Assembly (NCBI GenBank): GCA_001643675.2
Contig: LSRY02000056.1
Span: 124,001 to 188,000 of the forward strand
Length of the DNA stretch: 64,000 bases
Origin: Monocercomonoides exilis PA203
Taxonomy: Eukaryota > Protista > Preaxostyla
Reading direction: 5' to 3'
Positions within the stretch are counted from its first letter, which is position 1. Each line of letters opens with the position of its first letter. Under the pieces are notes generated by a model that ran no database searches, was not told where the DNA came from, and was given only the letters and a program-made list of their open reading frames with translations. The position numbers and the translations under genes were made by a program. Positions 24,336 through 35,960 of the stretch are shown here, one piece after another.

Positions 24336-25216
24336 AAATCATAAGATTATTCAGCAGTTATTTAACACGATGGTTGTTTTTAACTATTTGTCTCCACTTC
24401 ATCATTTCTTTTATAAAACTTTTCGTCGGTTTCTTTTTCTTTTCCTCAAAGAAACTTAAAATTCTTGAGAGCATTTGCTACTTTTTCATTAAAAATGTCA
24501 TTTAAAAAAATAAAAAAAGGAAATTTTTAACTTTATTCATTGAATATCCAAATAAATGGAAATCATTGTTTGCTTGATTGAAATGCAATATATCACAAAC
24601 AATCAAATAGTCAATCAGTTAACACACAGAAATATAAGCCAAAAACTCAAAAAGAACAAAAAAATGTACATAAATGTGTCACAACTGCTTTCAACTCTCA
24701 GATGTAAAGTCGATCTGTAAAGACGCTTCTCGCCTAATGTTGCACACAGACAACATCATTCCTTGTCTGGTTGCACGACAGGTCTATTCTTTGCCTGTGA
24801 TTCTCGCAACTGATAAAAAAAAATATTCAAAGTGCCGATTGGCACCTTCACATTCATTCACTTCTCCCAGAACCAGCAGCCGAAGTTATGTATATTCTTT
24901 TTAAAAAGTTGAATATCCGTTTAAAATCAATGCGCGCAAGGCAAGTGAATGAGTAGAAAAGAAAAAAGCAAATAAAATTATGCGAAATCATAAATTAAAT
25001 CAATGAACAAAATGATAGTTCATTTATAAGCTTAGCTTCATGAAGTGAAGTTTACCAGTAGTTGGCTTACTATCTGGAACAGAACGAAGCAAAGGATTGA
25101 AAGAACCGAAAATAAACTGAAGAGAATGAAATACTGTTGAAAGGCCTTTATTCTTTTTCCTTTCAAAATTGACTGTCTCATTATTAATACAGAAGTGATA
25201 AATGAGCAGCAATACT

Positions 25217-28200
25217 TTAAACAACAGATGGCTGTGTGTTCGCTTCAGAATTCTCTGCGTGTGTGTGTGGATGGGTGTGTGTGTGCGTGTGCTGATGGTG
25301 TGCTTTGTGCGCCTTTTTCTGTGCGTGCTTGTCGTCCAGTGACGAATGGCCAGGAAGTGCATATTTGTGGGCAATGGGGTGCATGTGACTTCCAATCAGT
25401 GGGACATCTGCCTCTAAGCCAGAATTGTTCATCAGCAGAGAGGAGGACCCAGATGCTGAGCCACCTGCAGCACTTCCGGTGAGCGCGTGGAGTGAAGAGT
25501 GCTTGGAAGAGCCAAACAGAGACGGGCGGTGTTTTGTGGAGTTGAGCAGCTCTGTTGCAGAGAGGGTGATGTCGTCGAGTGCATCGCCTTCTTTCCCAGC
25601 ATCAAAGGAGATGTTCAGATCGACAGCAAAGTCGTGCTCTTTCTCCAAGTCAGACGAGGAGAATGACACAGCAGAGGGAGAAAGAGGAGCAGAAAGTGCT
25701 GGAAGTGACATAGTTGAGGAAGAATTGGATGAGACAGAGAGATTGCTTGAGGAGCTTGTCATTGTTGACAGAAGCCCCAGCGACGAGAGCAGAGGTGCGG
25801 ATGCCGATGACTCGAGAGAAGGTGAAGTGGGAGAAGGAGAGACAGAAGAGCGGGCATTGGTCGACTGAGAGATCTGACTCAGCAGATCTTCCTTGTCGTC
25901 CACGAGATATCTTCGCACCTCGTCTGTCGAGTGTGGCTTGACATCTTCTGACTCCAGCGGCTGGCTCGACGATCGTTTGACTGGCTTCTCTTCGCTTCCT
26001 CCAAACAGATCATCAATTTCGTGCAGCTTGGCATCCAAGGCAGCGTTGAGCTGTGCTTCGTCCATCTTCACATTCCCCTCGCCCATTCCGTCTGAACCTG
26101 AATTGATTGCATTTTTGCCATTCGCTTCCTCTTCATACTCATCTTCATCTCCTCCAAACAGATCTTCAATGTTCTGTTTGATGGCTTCTGCTGATTCATC
26201 TTCAATTCCTTCACCCATTCCACTCTCATCTCCATTGTTTGCTCTTTCCTGATCGTCTTTCGTGTCAGCTTCCATCTTCCCTTCAGCCAACACATCTTCC
26301 TCCATCTTCTGCGCTTCAAACTCATTTTCTCGTCTTTCTGCCTCTTCTTCTTCTTCTTCGTTCTCCTCTGCCTCCTTTCTTGCCCTCTCCTCCTCCTCTT
26401 TCCTCTGCTTCTCTTCTTTCGCTCTCTTCTCTGCTGCCTCTTCCTCTTTCTTCTTTCTCATCATCTCATCCGAATTTCTCATTCTCCCAGGGTCAAACAT
26501 CTGCACAGGCAGCGTCCTAATCCTCTGAAACGGGTTGGGCTTCTTGTGCTCCATCCGCCTGGCTTCTGACTTTGCCTTCCAATCTTTCTCTCCGCTCGAT
26601 CCAGACTGCACCGAAGAAGAAGGAGAAGATGACCTCCTCCCTCCACTCGAAGAAGAAGACTGTGAAGAAGAGTGCATCCGCTTGTTCTGCTCCAAAAGCT
26701 GTCTGCGCGTGTTGAGGTTGATCTGCGTCGCCATCTCAATCGACTTTGTTGCGAGTGACACGTTCGACGCCTTTGCCTTTGCGCGCTTCTCGCTGATGAA
26801 TGCCTCCTCTGCCTCTTCCAAGCTGTCCAGCTCTCTCTGCACTTCCATCTGGACAAGCACATCTTCTGCATCCTGCGCTATCCGCAGCTTGTCCTGCAGC
26901 TCCATCTTCTTCTTCATCCGGATGATGCTCGTGTCCTTAATCTCTCTGTTGCGATCGCCTGGTCGTTCTCCACTGCCTGCTGCGCCTTGGCCGTTGTATC
27001 CAAAGCCATTCATCTTCGCTGCTTTCCTCTCTTCGCGCTGCTGCGCTATTTTCTCGTTCAGACGCTGCCGCTGGCTCCTCAACTCAACTGCAGTTGGCAG
27101 CTCTCGCCCAACACTTTCGATGCCTTTGATCCATTCATGAAGCTCTCCCTTAGAATAATAAAAGCAATAATTAAATAATTATGTAATAACAACATTTAAT
27201 TAAAAAGACAAATAGATTGAAATTTTTTAAATATATTCAGAATCACAATGATTATCAATAGGTTCGCATAAACAGAATAAGCAGAAGAGTAACAACTTAT
27301 AAGCATACCTCTGTGACGGGAGTGTTGGAGAAGTAGTTAAAAGTGCAATCTTTGTTCTGCCCATCAGCCATCGCCACACGAGCTGTCAAAAGACTGCGAT
27401 GCCGGCTGATCACATATGGCTTGGGTGCTTCGTGTTGGCGTAAAAAGGGTTGTCAAAAGTTATCACATGCAGAAATAAATAAAATACCTTCTTCGGGACT
27501 CGCTCCAGCGATCGTTCTGACTGAGTGAATCTCTCCTATCACATAATGGCGACCAGTTGTCTTGTCGGCAGAAGCTATTCTGCAGTAAAGCCCAACAAGC
27601 ATTTGACTCACGAGCATTTGGCTGTCCAAGCAAAGATAAACAACCTTTTCAATACAAAAAATATTGAATGGAGAGAACCCCAATCAATTAAAGGGTTCAA
27701 GTCAACGTTTAAATAACTCATATTTAATTAATATTAAATAAAAGTTATCTACCTCATCGACCATGTCACGAGTGACAATGCATTGTTGGAAATCACTAAC
27801 TTTAATTTTAAGTGCCTTTCCTGTTGATAGTGCATCTGATACTGCTGAAAGAGAAGAGATTAAACCACCAGTTGTGGTTTCATTTAAATCTGGCTTGGGT
27901 GCGATCTCAGAAGCAGACTGGCGTTCTCTTGCTCTTGCCCTTTCTTCTTGCTAATACAGAAAGTTGCATTTATGTTATTGAAGATAATTCCAACTCAAAT
28001 TTCTAAAAAAGTTGCCAAATTCTTTAACCTCCCTTTTTTTCCGTTCAGCAGCTCGATGTCGCTCCATCTCAGAATCCATCAATGCTCCAGCAACTGTTGC
28101 AAACGTTCTTCCACCTAATTAAAAACATAAAAAAATTTCAAGAAATAAAAAAAAAATTAAAAACAAAAAGAAAAAATTATTTGTTTTAACCTGTTGTAGA

Positions 28201-28596
28201 TTCTGCACTGCGTTTTGAAACTTGTTCAAGCACCTCAAATTCACGTTGGCTATCTCTTATTTCGATACGCTTGGCAAGCTCCAATTCTCGTTCACGTTCT
28301 GTCATCTGCATAAGTCTTCAATTTTTGAATAGCAGAATGCATCCACATTCAAGTTCATGGTTAATTTTAAGATAATTATTTTTAAAAGAGATGTGTGTTT
28401 TGAAATTAATTATGATTGGCAATGTAATTCCATTATCAACAAGAAAAACGAACTTTCTACGATCTTCTGCATCGCGAATCAGTGATTCGTCGATCGTGGT
28501 TCGATGAACAGCAGGACCAATTCTAAGAGCTTGAGCTTCACGGCTTCGAGTTGGTCTTCCTAATTCACCACTGCTTGTTTTCGTAGTATCGCTCAT
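25217..28596 (-). CDS. RTF1: PAF1 complex subunit RTF1 (Plus-3 domain), multi-exon
   Basis: DAEDRR..LMQMTERERELELAKR (HMD-like), Plus-3 LVGLYCRIAS..YVIGEI..KPYVI..FSNTPVTE|GELHEW..LPT, then NPFQR..P and HDFAVDLNI. Confidence 0.85.
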
Positions 28597-28696
28597 TAAA
28601 TGCGATCATAACTCATTATTATTTTTCTTTTGTCCAATATAGGAATATTTCAACGGTTTGAAAAATCGTTACAAAAGATTTTGGTATTGAGACAAG

Positions 28697-30655
28697 ATGT
28701 CAAGACAAATCGTTACTTGCTTTGAAGATTATCAAAAAGCACGCATTTCATTTGTGCAAAACATTGCAACTTTTGCGGAGAGGCCACAAAATATTGATGC
28801 ATTAAAAGAGTCAGGGGTAATGCTTCTGCTGAAACCTCTCATTACAGACCCAGTTCCATCTGTTTGCTTATCGGCTTCTCTTGCTCTGGGACGACTTGCA
28901 AATGCTTCAGAAGAAATGGCAGAGGCTGTCGTTCAAAATGACATTTTACCTCAATTAGTTACGAGTCTGAAGGAACAAAATGCATGAGAAATAAATATTT
29001 CAATATATCTTAATTTTTCATTATGTTCCATTTGAAAATTTTTAACTTTTTAGAAATTCTTCAAGAAATCTGCTGCATTTATCATTCGTTCTGTTGTGAA
29101 GCACAATGCAGCCCTTGCGCAAGCAGTAGTTGAAAGTGGAGCTTTAGAATCACTTGTTTCATGCCTTCGTATGAATTCTTCTCAGCAATTGAATATTGAA
29201 GACAAATAAATTATTTTTGAATTTTTTAGAGGAATTTGACCCTGGGTGCAAAGAATCAGCACTGTTTGCATTAGGCTACATTGCACGTCATAATGGAGGT
29301 TTTTTTTTTATTGTTTATTATCTGAAGTTTTATCCTGGTTTTTTTTAGATCTTGCCCAGTTTGTTGTTGATGCTGGAGCAGTTCCTCTTACTGTTCTTTG
29401 CTTACAGGAACCAGAAGTCTGCACTGTTTTCATCATTGCATAATGATTTTTAAAATTATCAATTATTATTTTGTCAAAACTTCACACGTTTTCCTATTTA
29501 ACCATATACTTTTGCAGCTCACCTTGAAGCGTGTATCAGCATCAACACTTGCTGATATCGCAAAGCACACACCTGAGCTTGCACAGGTTGTTGCAGACAG
29601 CGGAGGGATCGGCTATCTTGTTCCTTTTGTTTCATCAGCAGACACAAAGTTGAAGATGCAGGCAACAGCGTGCCTGGCGCAGATTGCAAAGCACTCTGTT
29701 GATCTGGCTGAGCAGATTGTTGGTGCTGAGCTGTTCCCACGTGTTTTGGACTGTCTGAAGGACTCAGATGCTTCTGTGAGGAAGAACGCTGCCACTCTGA
29801 TAAGAGAAATTGCAAAGCATTCTTTGGATGTTTGCGCTTTATACTTGTTCTTTTCCTCATTTATTTTTTTAAAATATTCTTGATATATTCTCTTTTATTG
29901 AACATTTCATTAACAATCATTTCTTTTATCTTGGATGATTAATATTTTGTTTAATTGCTTCACTTCTATTTTAGCTTGCAAAGTACATTTCCGATATGGG
30001 CGGAATCCCTGCAGTTGTCGCCTTCACCAACGAGACACTTGGCGCAGACAGACTTCCTGGTGTGATGTGTGTTGGATACATTGCTGCCTTCTCTGAGGCA
30101 CTTGCACTGAAAGTGATCACCTCCAAGGGAATAGCGCCGTTGGTGCACTGTGTTGTAACAGAGCCCGCAGACTACCTCAAAGCAGCAGCTGCCTGGGCAC
30201 TGGGGCAGATTGGGCGACACTCAGCTGACCACGCAAAGGCTGTGGCAGACGAAGGCGTTCTGCCGAAGCTAGTGACTGTGATGGTACACGAGAAGGCTAC
30301 AGACGATCTGCGCGCTAAATGCAAGGCAGCTTTAAAGGCGATCATCGGAAAGTGTGTATTTCTGCCTGCGCTGGAGCCACTTCTGCTGCAGCCAGCAGCT
30401 CCGAAGGAGATTCTGAAGTACATCGTGGAACAGTATGCGAAGGTGCTTCCGTCAGATGTGGAAGGCAGAAAGCAATTTGTGTCGTGTGGAGGATTGCAGA
30501 GGATTCAGGAGCTGGATGCTGCAGCTGAGGAAGGGTCGAGGCTGAAGACAGCGATTGCTCAGGTGAATGCGTGCTATCCAGTCGAGGTGGTGCGTTACTA
30601 CACACCAGGATACAAAAGCGAGCTTTTCCAGAAGATCGAAGAGTTCAGACCTTAA
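28697..30655 (+). CDS. SPAG6: Axonemal central-pair armadillo protein PF16/SPAG6
   Basis: MSRQIVTCFEDYQKARISFVQ..ERPQNIDAL..LGRLAN..AVVQNDILPQLV; ARM repeats; ends CYPVEVVRYYTPGYKSEL. Confidence 0.96.
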
Positions 30656-31073
30656 ATCTTACTCTTTCACTTTGCTTTTCTTCTTCAAAAAAATTCCTTT
30701 CATTAACTTCACCTTCTCTTCAACCAATAGATGCATTTGCATGTACGAAAATCAGTTAGTTAAATGATTTTTGTGGTTGTCTGAACAATTTTCATCATTT
30801 CCACTGTTGGAACTGCTCCTTTTGATTCTTCTCGAAGTCTAGTAATTGTTATCATCACCTGTTTTCTTTTCCATTTGCTTCAGAGAATGGAATTATTTCA
30901 CACCTCATTTGTTTTTTTCATTTCCTTTTGTAAAAATATAAGAATGTGATGTTTTTGTTAGTGTTTATTCCATTCATTTGAATACCAACAGTTTGAAAAC
31001 TAACCAACAAACAAACAGACAAACAAACAAACAAAACGGAATCAAAAGGAAAAGAAACTGAATACTAATGCTG

Positions 31074-34000
31074 TCAAATGACGTGTGTGACAATTCCGCT
31101 CTTCTTCTTCTGCAGCACACGCCCAGACGACATCGGCACTTCGCACGCTGCATGTGACTGATATGAAGACGATGGCTGGACAGCCGCTGGCAACGAGCAC
31201 CCGCACTCGCCTTCAAACACATTCAGCTTCACAGGATGACTGGCTCCTGCAATAGCAGAGTCTGGAGTGGGCTTCTGCTGAAGAGGGAATTCACACGACG
31301 TGCCTTCAGCTGGAATCTTCAGAGCAAACGGAGCACTTTCGCGGTGGATCTGCTGCGACCAAACAGGAACATCACTAGAAAGGGGGGTGGATGGGGGGGG
31401 GGAAGGGGTGTGTGAAAAGAAAGACAAAATATCATGAGTGATTGATTTTGAAAATGCCAAAATAAATTGGAAATATAATAAAATAAAAATAAAAATAAAA
31501 ATAAAAGAAAGGAAGAAGAAGAAGAAGAATGCATCAGATTTTAAGACATCATTTAAGCATGATGTTAAAAAATCACACCTTTTCGCTTCATTTTGCGGAG
31601 TTGCCTGCTTCAAACTGTCCTTCTCGATTCTGTCAGCATATGGCGAGACGCTGTTCAAGAGTGTGTGCCATGCCAGCGACGCGCACTTCACTCGCGACGG
31701 GAACCGGCAGACGTTTGCAAACACATCGCCAACATGACCCAATCCCCGGGCATTCGGAAGCGAGCGCGAAGACGACGGGGCAGCGCCGGTTGTGATGAGC
31801 CGGTGGAACTGCGAGAAGAGGTCGAGCACAACAGACAAGGGAGCCCCTTTCACCAGGTCTGTCATAAACGAACACGACGCCTGCGAAATGGCACAGCCAC
31901 TGCCAACAAACGCGGCATCTTCCACAATCGGATCAGAAAGAATGTTTCCTCCGTCTCTCTCCTTTGCGCGCAGACGCAGCTTCACATACAAACTCAGCCG
32001 ATCGCCACACAAGCTGTTGAATCCTTCTCCTTTAGCGAGCACCAGACTGCCGGGGCGCTGTGCCTCTTCTGCGTTCTCTTCAGCTGTCAGCTCAATTGTG
32101 CGGCTGTTGTGTGGGTGTGTCCCGTGCTCAATGATCAGTTCCTGATACAGCGACGACACCTCCACCGACTCGCTTGGCGCAGGCAGTGAAGCAGTTGAGC
32201 TTCCTGCTGCAAATGCAGACTGCACGGACGATGCAGCCAGCGGGGCTGACTTCAGATGTGCCTTTCCAGGCGCTGTCGATGCTGCTATCTTCCCAGACAT
32301 GAACCTCTGCATGACTGACTCCAGCGCTGCGACAGTTGCATCGATCTCTTCTTTTGTGTTGTAGAACGAGATGGAGATTCGGGTGGATGCATCGATTCCG
32401 TATGCCTTCGCCAGTGGCATGGCGCAGTGGTGCCCGCCGCGGGTGGCGATGCCTTCGTTGTCGAGAAGAGTGCCCAAGTCGTGTGAGTGGATGTACGGCG
32501 ACACAAACGAGATGATCGGAGCTGACTCGCAAAGAGGAAATTCCTCCATCCAGTTTGAAGACGATGTTGAGGACGCTGAGGATGCTGATGATGCAGATGA
32601 ATCAGCTGCAGAAGCTGGCTTTTCTGCTTGCGACTGGACAATCTCGTCCTGATGCCCCAGAATTCTGATTCCTTTGACTTTTCTCAACTTCCTCAGTGCG
32701 TATTCTCCCAGCTCCTTCTCGTATTTTGATACAGCCGGTAGTCCAACATGCTGTGTAAGGAATTTGATGGCAGTGGCCAATCCATATATTGCTGGCACAT
32801 TCTGCGTGCCTGCCTCAAACCGCATCGGAGGAGGAGCAAAAGTTGTGTGGGTGAATGACACCTCTTCAATCATGTCTCCTCCCGCCTGGTATGGCTCCAT
32901 CGCATCCAGCAGCTCATATCGCCCGTATAACACACCCACGCCATTCGGTCCATAAATCTTGTGGCCAGAGAAACAGAAGAAGTCGCAGCCAATGTCTGAC
33001 ACAGAAAGGCCGCTTGAATAAGAAGAAGAAGACTGTGCTTCGTTTCCATCAATCTCCTTTGCTGACAGTCCAGATGCATTGGAAGAAGCAACAGATGCGC
33101 TTTCTTTGCTTCCCTCTGCTTTCTCAGAGTAGTTGTGTGGTACATGCACAATCCCCTGTGCTCCGTCAATCAAAGTCGGAACATTGTACTGTCGAGCAAG
33201 AGCACACACCTGTTTCACAGGAAGGTATCTTCCCGTGACGTTGCTGCACATCGACATCGCTATCATCTTCACCCGCCCTGTCTGCAGCAGCGAACGCAGC
33301 CGGCTGAAGTCCACAGACCCTGTTGCCTGCACCAATGGAAGCACAGCAAGTTCTGTGTGTGTCTGCGACGCGGCAATCTGCCAGGGAACAATGTTCGCAT
33401 GATGCTCCAGCTCAGTCAGAATGATGATGTCTCTGTCATCCTCTTCATCCTCTTCTTTTTCTTCTTTTTTTTCTCTGGTTTCAGTAGAAGACAATTTGTC
33501 ATTTCCTCTTCCATGTCCGCATCCACATCCGCATCCACAGCCTTTTCCTTCCTTCCCGCTCTTCTTCTTGTTGTAGCAGCAGCCTGGCTGTGTTCTCTTC
33601 AGCCTCGGCAGCAAAAACGCATTGGCCACCAGGTTGATTGCTTCGGTCGTGCCTTTCGTGAACACAATCTCCTCTGCCCTTTCGGCTCCGATAAACTGCC
33701 TCACCACATCTCTGCTCTCGTCCAGCACAGCTGTCGCCTTCTCCGCCAGGAAATGGACTCCTCTGTGCACATTCGCATTGCTGTTGAATGTGAACTCTTC
33801 GACTGCATCGCACACTGCCTTCGGGCGCTGTGTGGTTGCGGCGTTGTCGAGGTAAATCAGCGCAGCGCCTGTCGCTGGATGGGTCGCAGACAGAATGGGG
33901 AACTCGGCACGCACCTCAGTCATCCGCTCCTCAATTGGTATTTCCAACATGTGGCGCTGTTCTTTGGCCAGCCTCAGCTTCTCCTCGCGCTCCTGTGCCT

Positions 34001-35735
34001 GTTTCGCTGCCTTTGCCTTCTGCTTAGCTTGTCTTCGCTCCTCTCGTTTGATGAACTCAGACACCATCGCATTGAAGAAGCGGAAGAAGACAGAATTGAT
34101 AACAGAGACAAGCTTGGAGTGTGCCCCAGGAAGCGAAGAAGAAGAAGAAGAACTTGATGAAGGAGATGATTCATTTGAAGTCATCTGCTTTGGCAGCATT
34201 TTCATCAGCGCCTCGTTTGCAAAGGAGAAGCAAAGGAGCGCTTTGGCCTCTGTTTCTGAGAGTCCTCTCTGCTGCATGAAGAACAAGGGAGAGTCGTCGA
34301 GTGTGCCGACAGTTGCGCCGTGGTTGGCCACAACATCGTCATTGTTGATGACAAGATACGGCACAGCACGCGCCACAAACGGCTTCCATGAAGAAGAGGA
34401 AGAGGAAGAGGAAGAAGAGGAAGAAGAAGAAGAGAATGCAGACGAAGTAACATCAGAAGAAGAGGATGAGGATGATCCATCTTCTGTTTTCTCCTCAGGC
34501 GGAACGAGAAGCAGCGTGTTGGACAGCTGATTGGCGACTGTGTGTGCAGCGTGTCTGTGGATGAAGATACCTCCATCGAACAGAGAAGTTGGTGGGGCTG
34601 ATGAAGAAAGGTGCGCAGAAGTCTGTGAAGATGATGCTGATAGCGGAGGAGCCATCGAAGGAAGAATGACAGCGCGGTGGAGCTGTGTGCTCTCGCAATC
34701 GGGTGAGATGTGGTGCATGTTGATTTTGACTTTGGATGTCTTGGCAATTGCAGAACTAGCAGCAGAGCTGGCCGGGTTGTTTCCGTCGGGCGAGAGAGAT
34801 GTGAGGGCAGTGGATGACACAAGCGCCAGATGGTTGCAGTGTGCTTCGGTGTGCGGGCAGGACAAGAAGAAGGAGACGACGTCGTTTGAGCGCGATGCAC
34901 CGAGGGAGACTGTCGAAATAGTAATAGACGACTCCGTCTGAGAATCACTGGCTTTATTTTCATTCGAGAACGGATCAGACTCTGATGCAACCGATGTGGA
35001 TGAAGCGATGCTTCGCGAAAGTTTTGTTGCAGCAGAGGGATTGAGAGAATATACCCTTGTTGATGAAAGATGCTCAGAATCCAAATGATCCATTTGGAGT
35101 TTTATAAGGGATATTCTTGCGCTTGAAGACATAAAAATGTCTGTTGTCACGTTTATTGCGTAACTTTCGCTTTTTTCAAAATTCAATTTATCTGATGTTT
35201 CTTTTGACATTGTTGAACGAAGAAACAGATCACACACAAAATGCTGAACAATAACAATTTCTTTTGAAATGTCATCTCGAATCAGTAATCTGATTTTTGA
35301 TTTTGGGGAATGTGTACCAGAAAGCTCCGAATTTGTAGAATAAAAAATGAGGTGTATTTCTGAAAAAGGATCAATATCTGAGGGATTGCACAGTTGCGTC
35401 TCATATTCATTTGAAATATTAATTAGGTATGTAAATCCATTGGGACATTCTTCATCCCAAGGAAAAGAAGAGGATTTTGGAATATTGCGTTTATTTAATT
35501 CAGGTTGTGAATCCTGTAAAGACTTCAAAGATAAGAGTTTTGCAGCAATTGAGTTTGCTGTAGAAGCATCTTTTTCTTCGATTTCAGTGGATATTTGAGC
35601 AAGCAAACAAGAAAGTTTATTTGACGAAGAAGAAAGATCCGAGGAAATTTTTCCGTTGATGAACACAATAGATATTGTTTTTTCTGATGAAAGCTGTTGA
35701 ATGTAACGGTGAAGAAGCGAATGTTCTGTTTCCAT
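31074..35735 (-). CDS. sufDSU: SufD-SufS-SufU fusion protein (cytosolic SUF Fe-S assembly), ~1485 aa after removal of probable intron 31375-31578
   Basis: SufD: FDGGIFI..ANQLSNTLLL..PYLVINNDDVVANHGATVG..LFFMQQRGL. SufS: YLDNAATTQRP, EHHAN, FSGHKIYGP (PLP Lys), RGGHHCA (group II). SufU: LYQELIIEH..NSLCGD..GSGCAISQAS..FPSRVKCASLAW. Confidence 0.97.
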   Translation of the reverse strand: METEHSLLHRYIQQLSSEKTISIVFINGKISSDLSSSSNKLSCLLAQISTEIEEKDASTANSIAAKLLSLKSLQDSQPELNKRNIPKSSSFPWDEECPNGFTYLINISNEYETQLCNPSDIDPFSEIHLIFYSTNSELSGTHSPKSKIRLLIRDDISKEIVIVQHFVCDLFLRSTMSKETSDKLNFEKSESYAINVTTDIFMSSSARISLIKLQMDHLDSEHLSSTRVYSLNPSAATKLSRSIASSTSVASESDPFSNENKASDSQTESSITISTVSLGASRSNDVVSFFLSCPHTEAHCNHLALVSSTALTSLSPDGNNPASSAASSAIAKTSKVKINMHHISPDCESTQLHRAVILPSMAPPLSASSSQTSAHLSSSAPPTSLFDGGIFIHRHAAHTVANQLSNTLLLVPPEEKTEDGSSSSSSSDVTSSAFSSSSSSSSSSSSSSSWKPFVARAVPYLVINNDDVVANHGATVGTLDDSPLFFMQQRGLSETEAKALLCFSFANEALMKMLPKQMTSNESSPSSSSSSSSSLPGAHSKLVSVINSVFFRFFNAMVSEFIKREERRQAKQKAKAAKQAQEREEKLRLAKEQRHMLEIPIEERMTEVRAEFPILSATHPATGAALIYLDNAATTQRPKAVCDAVEEFTFNSNANVHRGVHFLAEKATAVLDESRDVVRQFIGAERAEEIVFTKGTTEAINLVANAFLLPRLKRTQPGCCYNKKKSGKEGKGCGCGCGCGHGRGNDKLSSTETREKKEEKEEDEEDDRDIIILTELEHHANIVPWQIAASQTHTELAVLPLVQATGSVDFSRLRSLLQTGRVKMIAMSMCSNVTGRYLPVKQVCALARQYNVPTLIDGAQGIVHVPHNYSEKAEGSKESASVASSNASGLSAKEIDGNEAQSSSSYSSGLSVSDIGCDFFCFSGHKIYGPNGVGVLYGRYELLDAMEPYQAGGDMIEEVSFTHTTFAPPPMRFEAGTQNVPAIYGLATAIKFLTQHVGLPAVSKYEKELGEYALRKLRKVKGIRILGHQDEIVQSQAEKPASAADSSASSASSASSTSSSNWMEEFPLCESAPIISFVSPYIHSHDLGTLLDNEGIATRGGHHCAMPLAKAYGIDASTRISISFYNTKEEIDATVAALESVMQRFMSGKIAASTAPGKAHLKSAPLAASSVQSAFAAGSSTASLPAPSESVEVSSLYQELIIEHGTHPHNSRTIELTAEENAEEAQRPGSLVLAKGEGFNSLCGDRLSLYVKLRLRAKERDGGNILSDPIVEDAAFVGSGCAISQASCSFMTDLVKGAPLSVVLDLFSQFHRLITTGAAPSSSRSLPNARGLGHVGDVFANVCRFPSRVKCASLAWHTLLNSVSPYADRIEKDSLKQATPQNEAKRCDFLTSCLNDVLKSDAFFFFFFLSFIFIFIFILLYFQFILAFSKSITHDILSFFSHTPSPPPSTPLSSDVPVWSQQIHRESAPFALKIPAEGTSCEFPLQQKPTPDSAIAGASHPVKLNVFEGECGCSLPAAVQPSSSYQSHAACEVPMSSGRVLQKKKSGIVTHVI

Positions 35736-35960
35736 TTTCCCAATAATTCTCCTTTTTCAGTTCTTTTACTTTATCAAAAATCATAAATGGGTGGATGATG
35801 AAAAATCAAATTTTTTCATTCTGTTGTTCGTTTTTCATAAATGCTTATTTTAACTGGTGATAAAAAGAATATTTAAAAATTATTATTTCGTATATTTTTA
35901 TCATTAATAACAAAAATTAAAAATTTTTAACAAATATATAATCTCAAAAACATATGCATA

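Noticed and set aside
31074-35735. Bacterial contamination or a suf operon
   Set aside because: Embedded among intron-rich eukaryotic genes, has poly-Ser inserts and a probable spliceosomal intron; no sufB/sufC adjacent.
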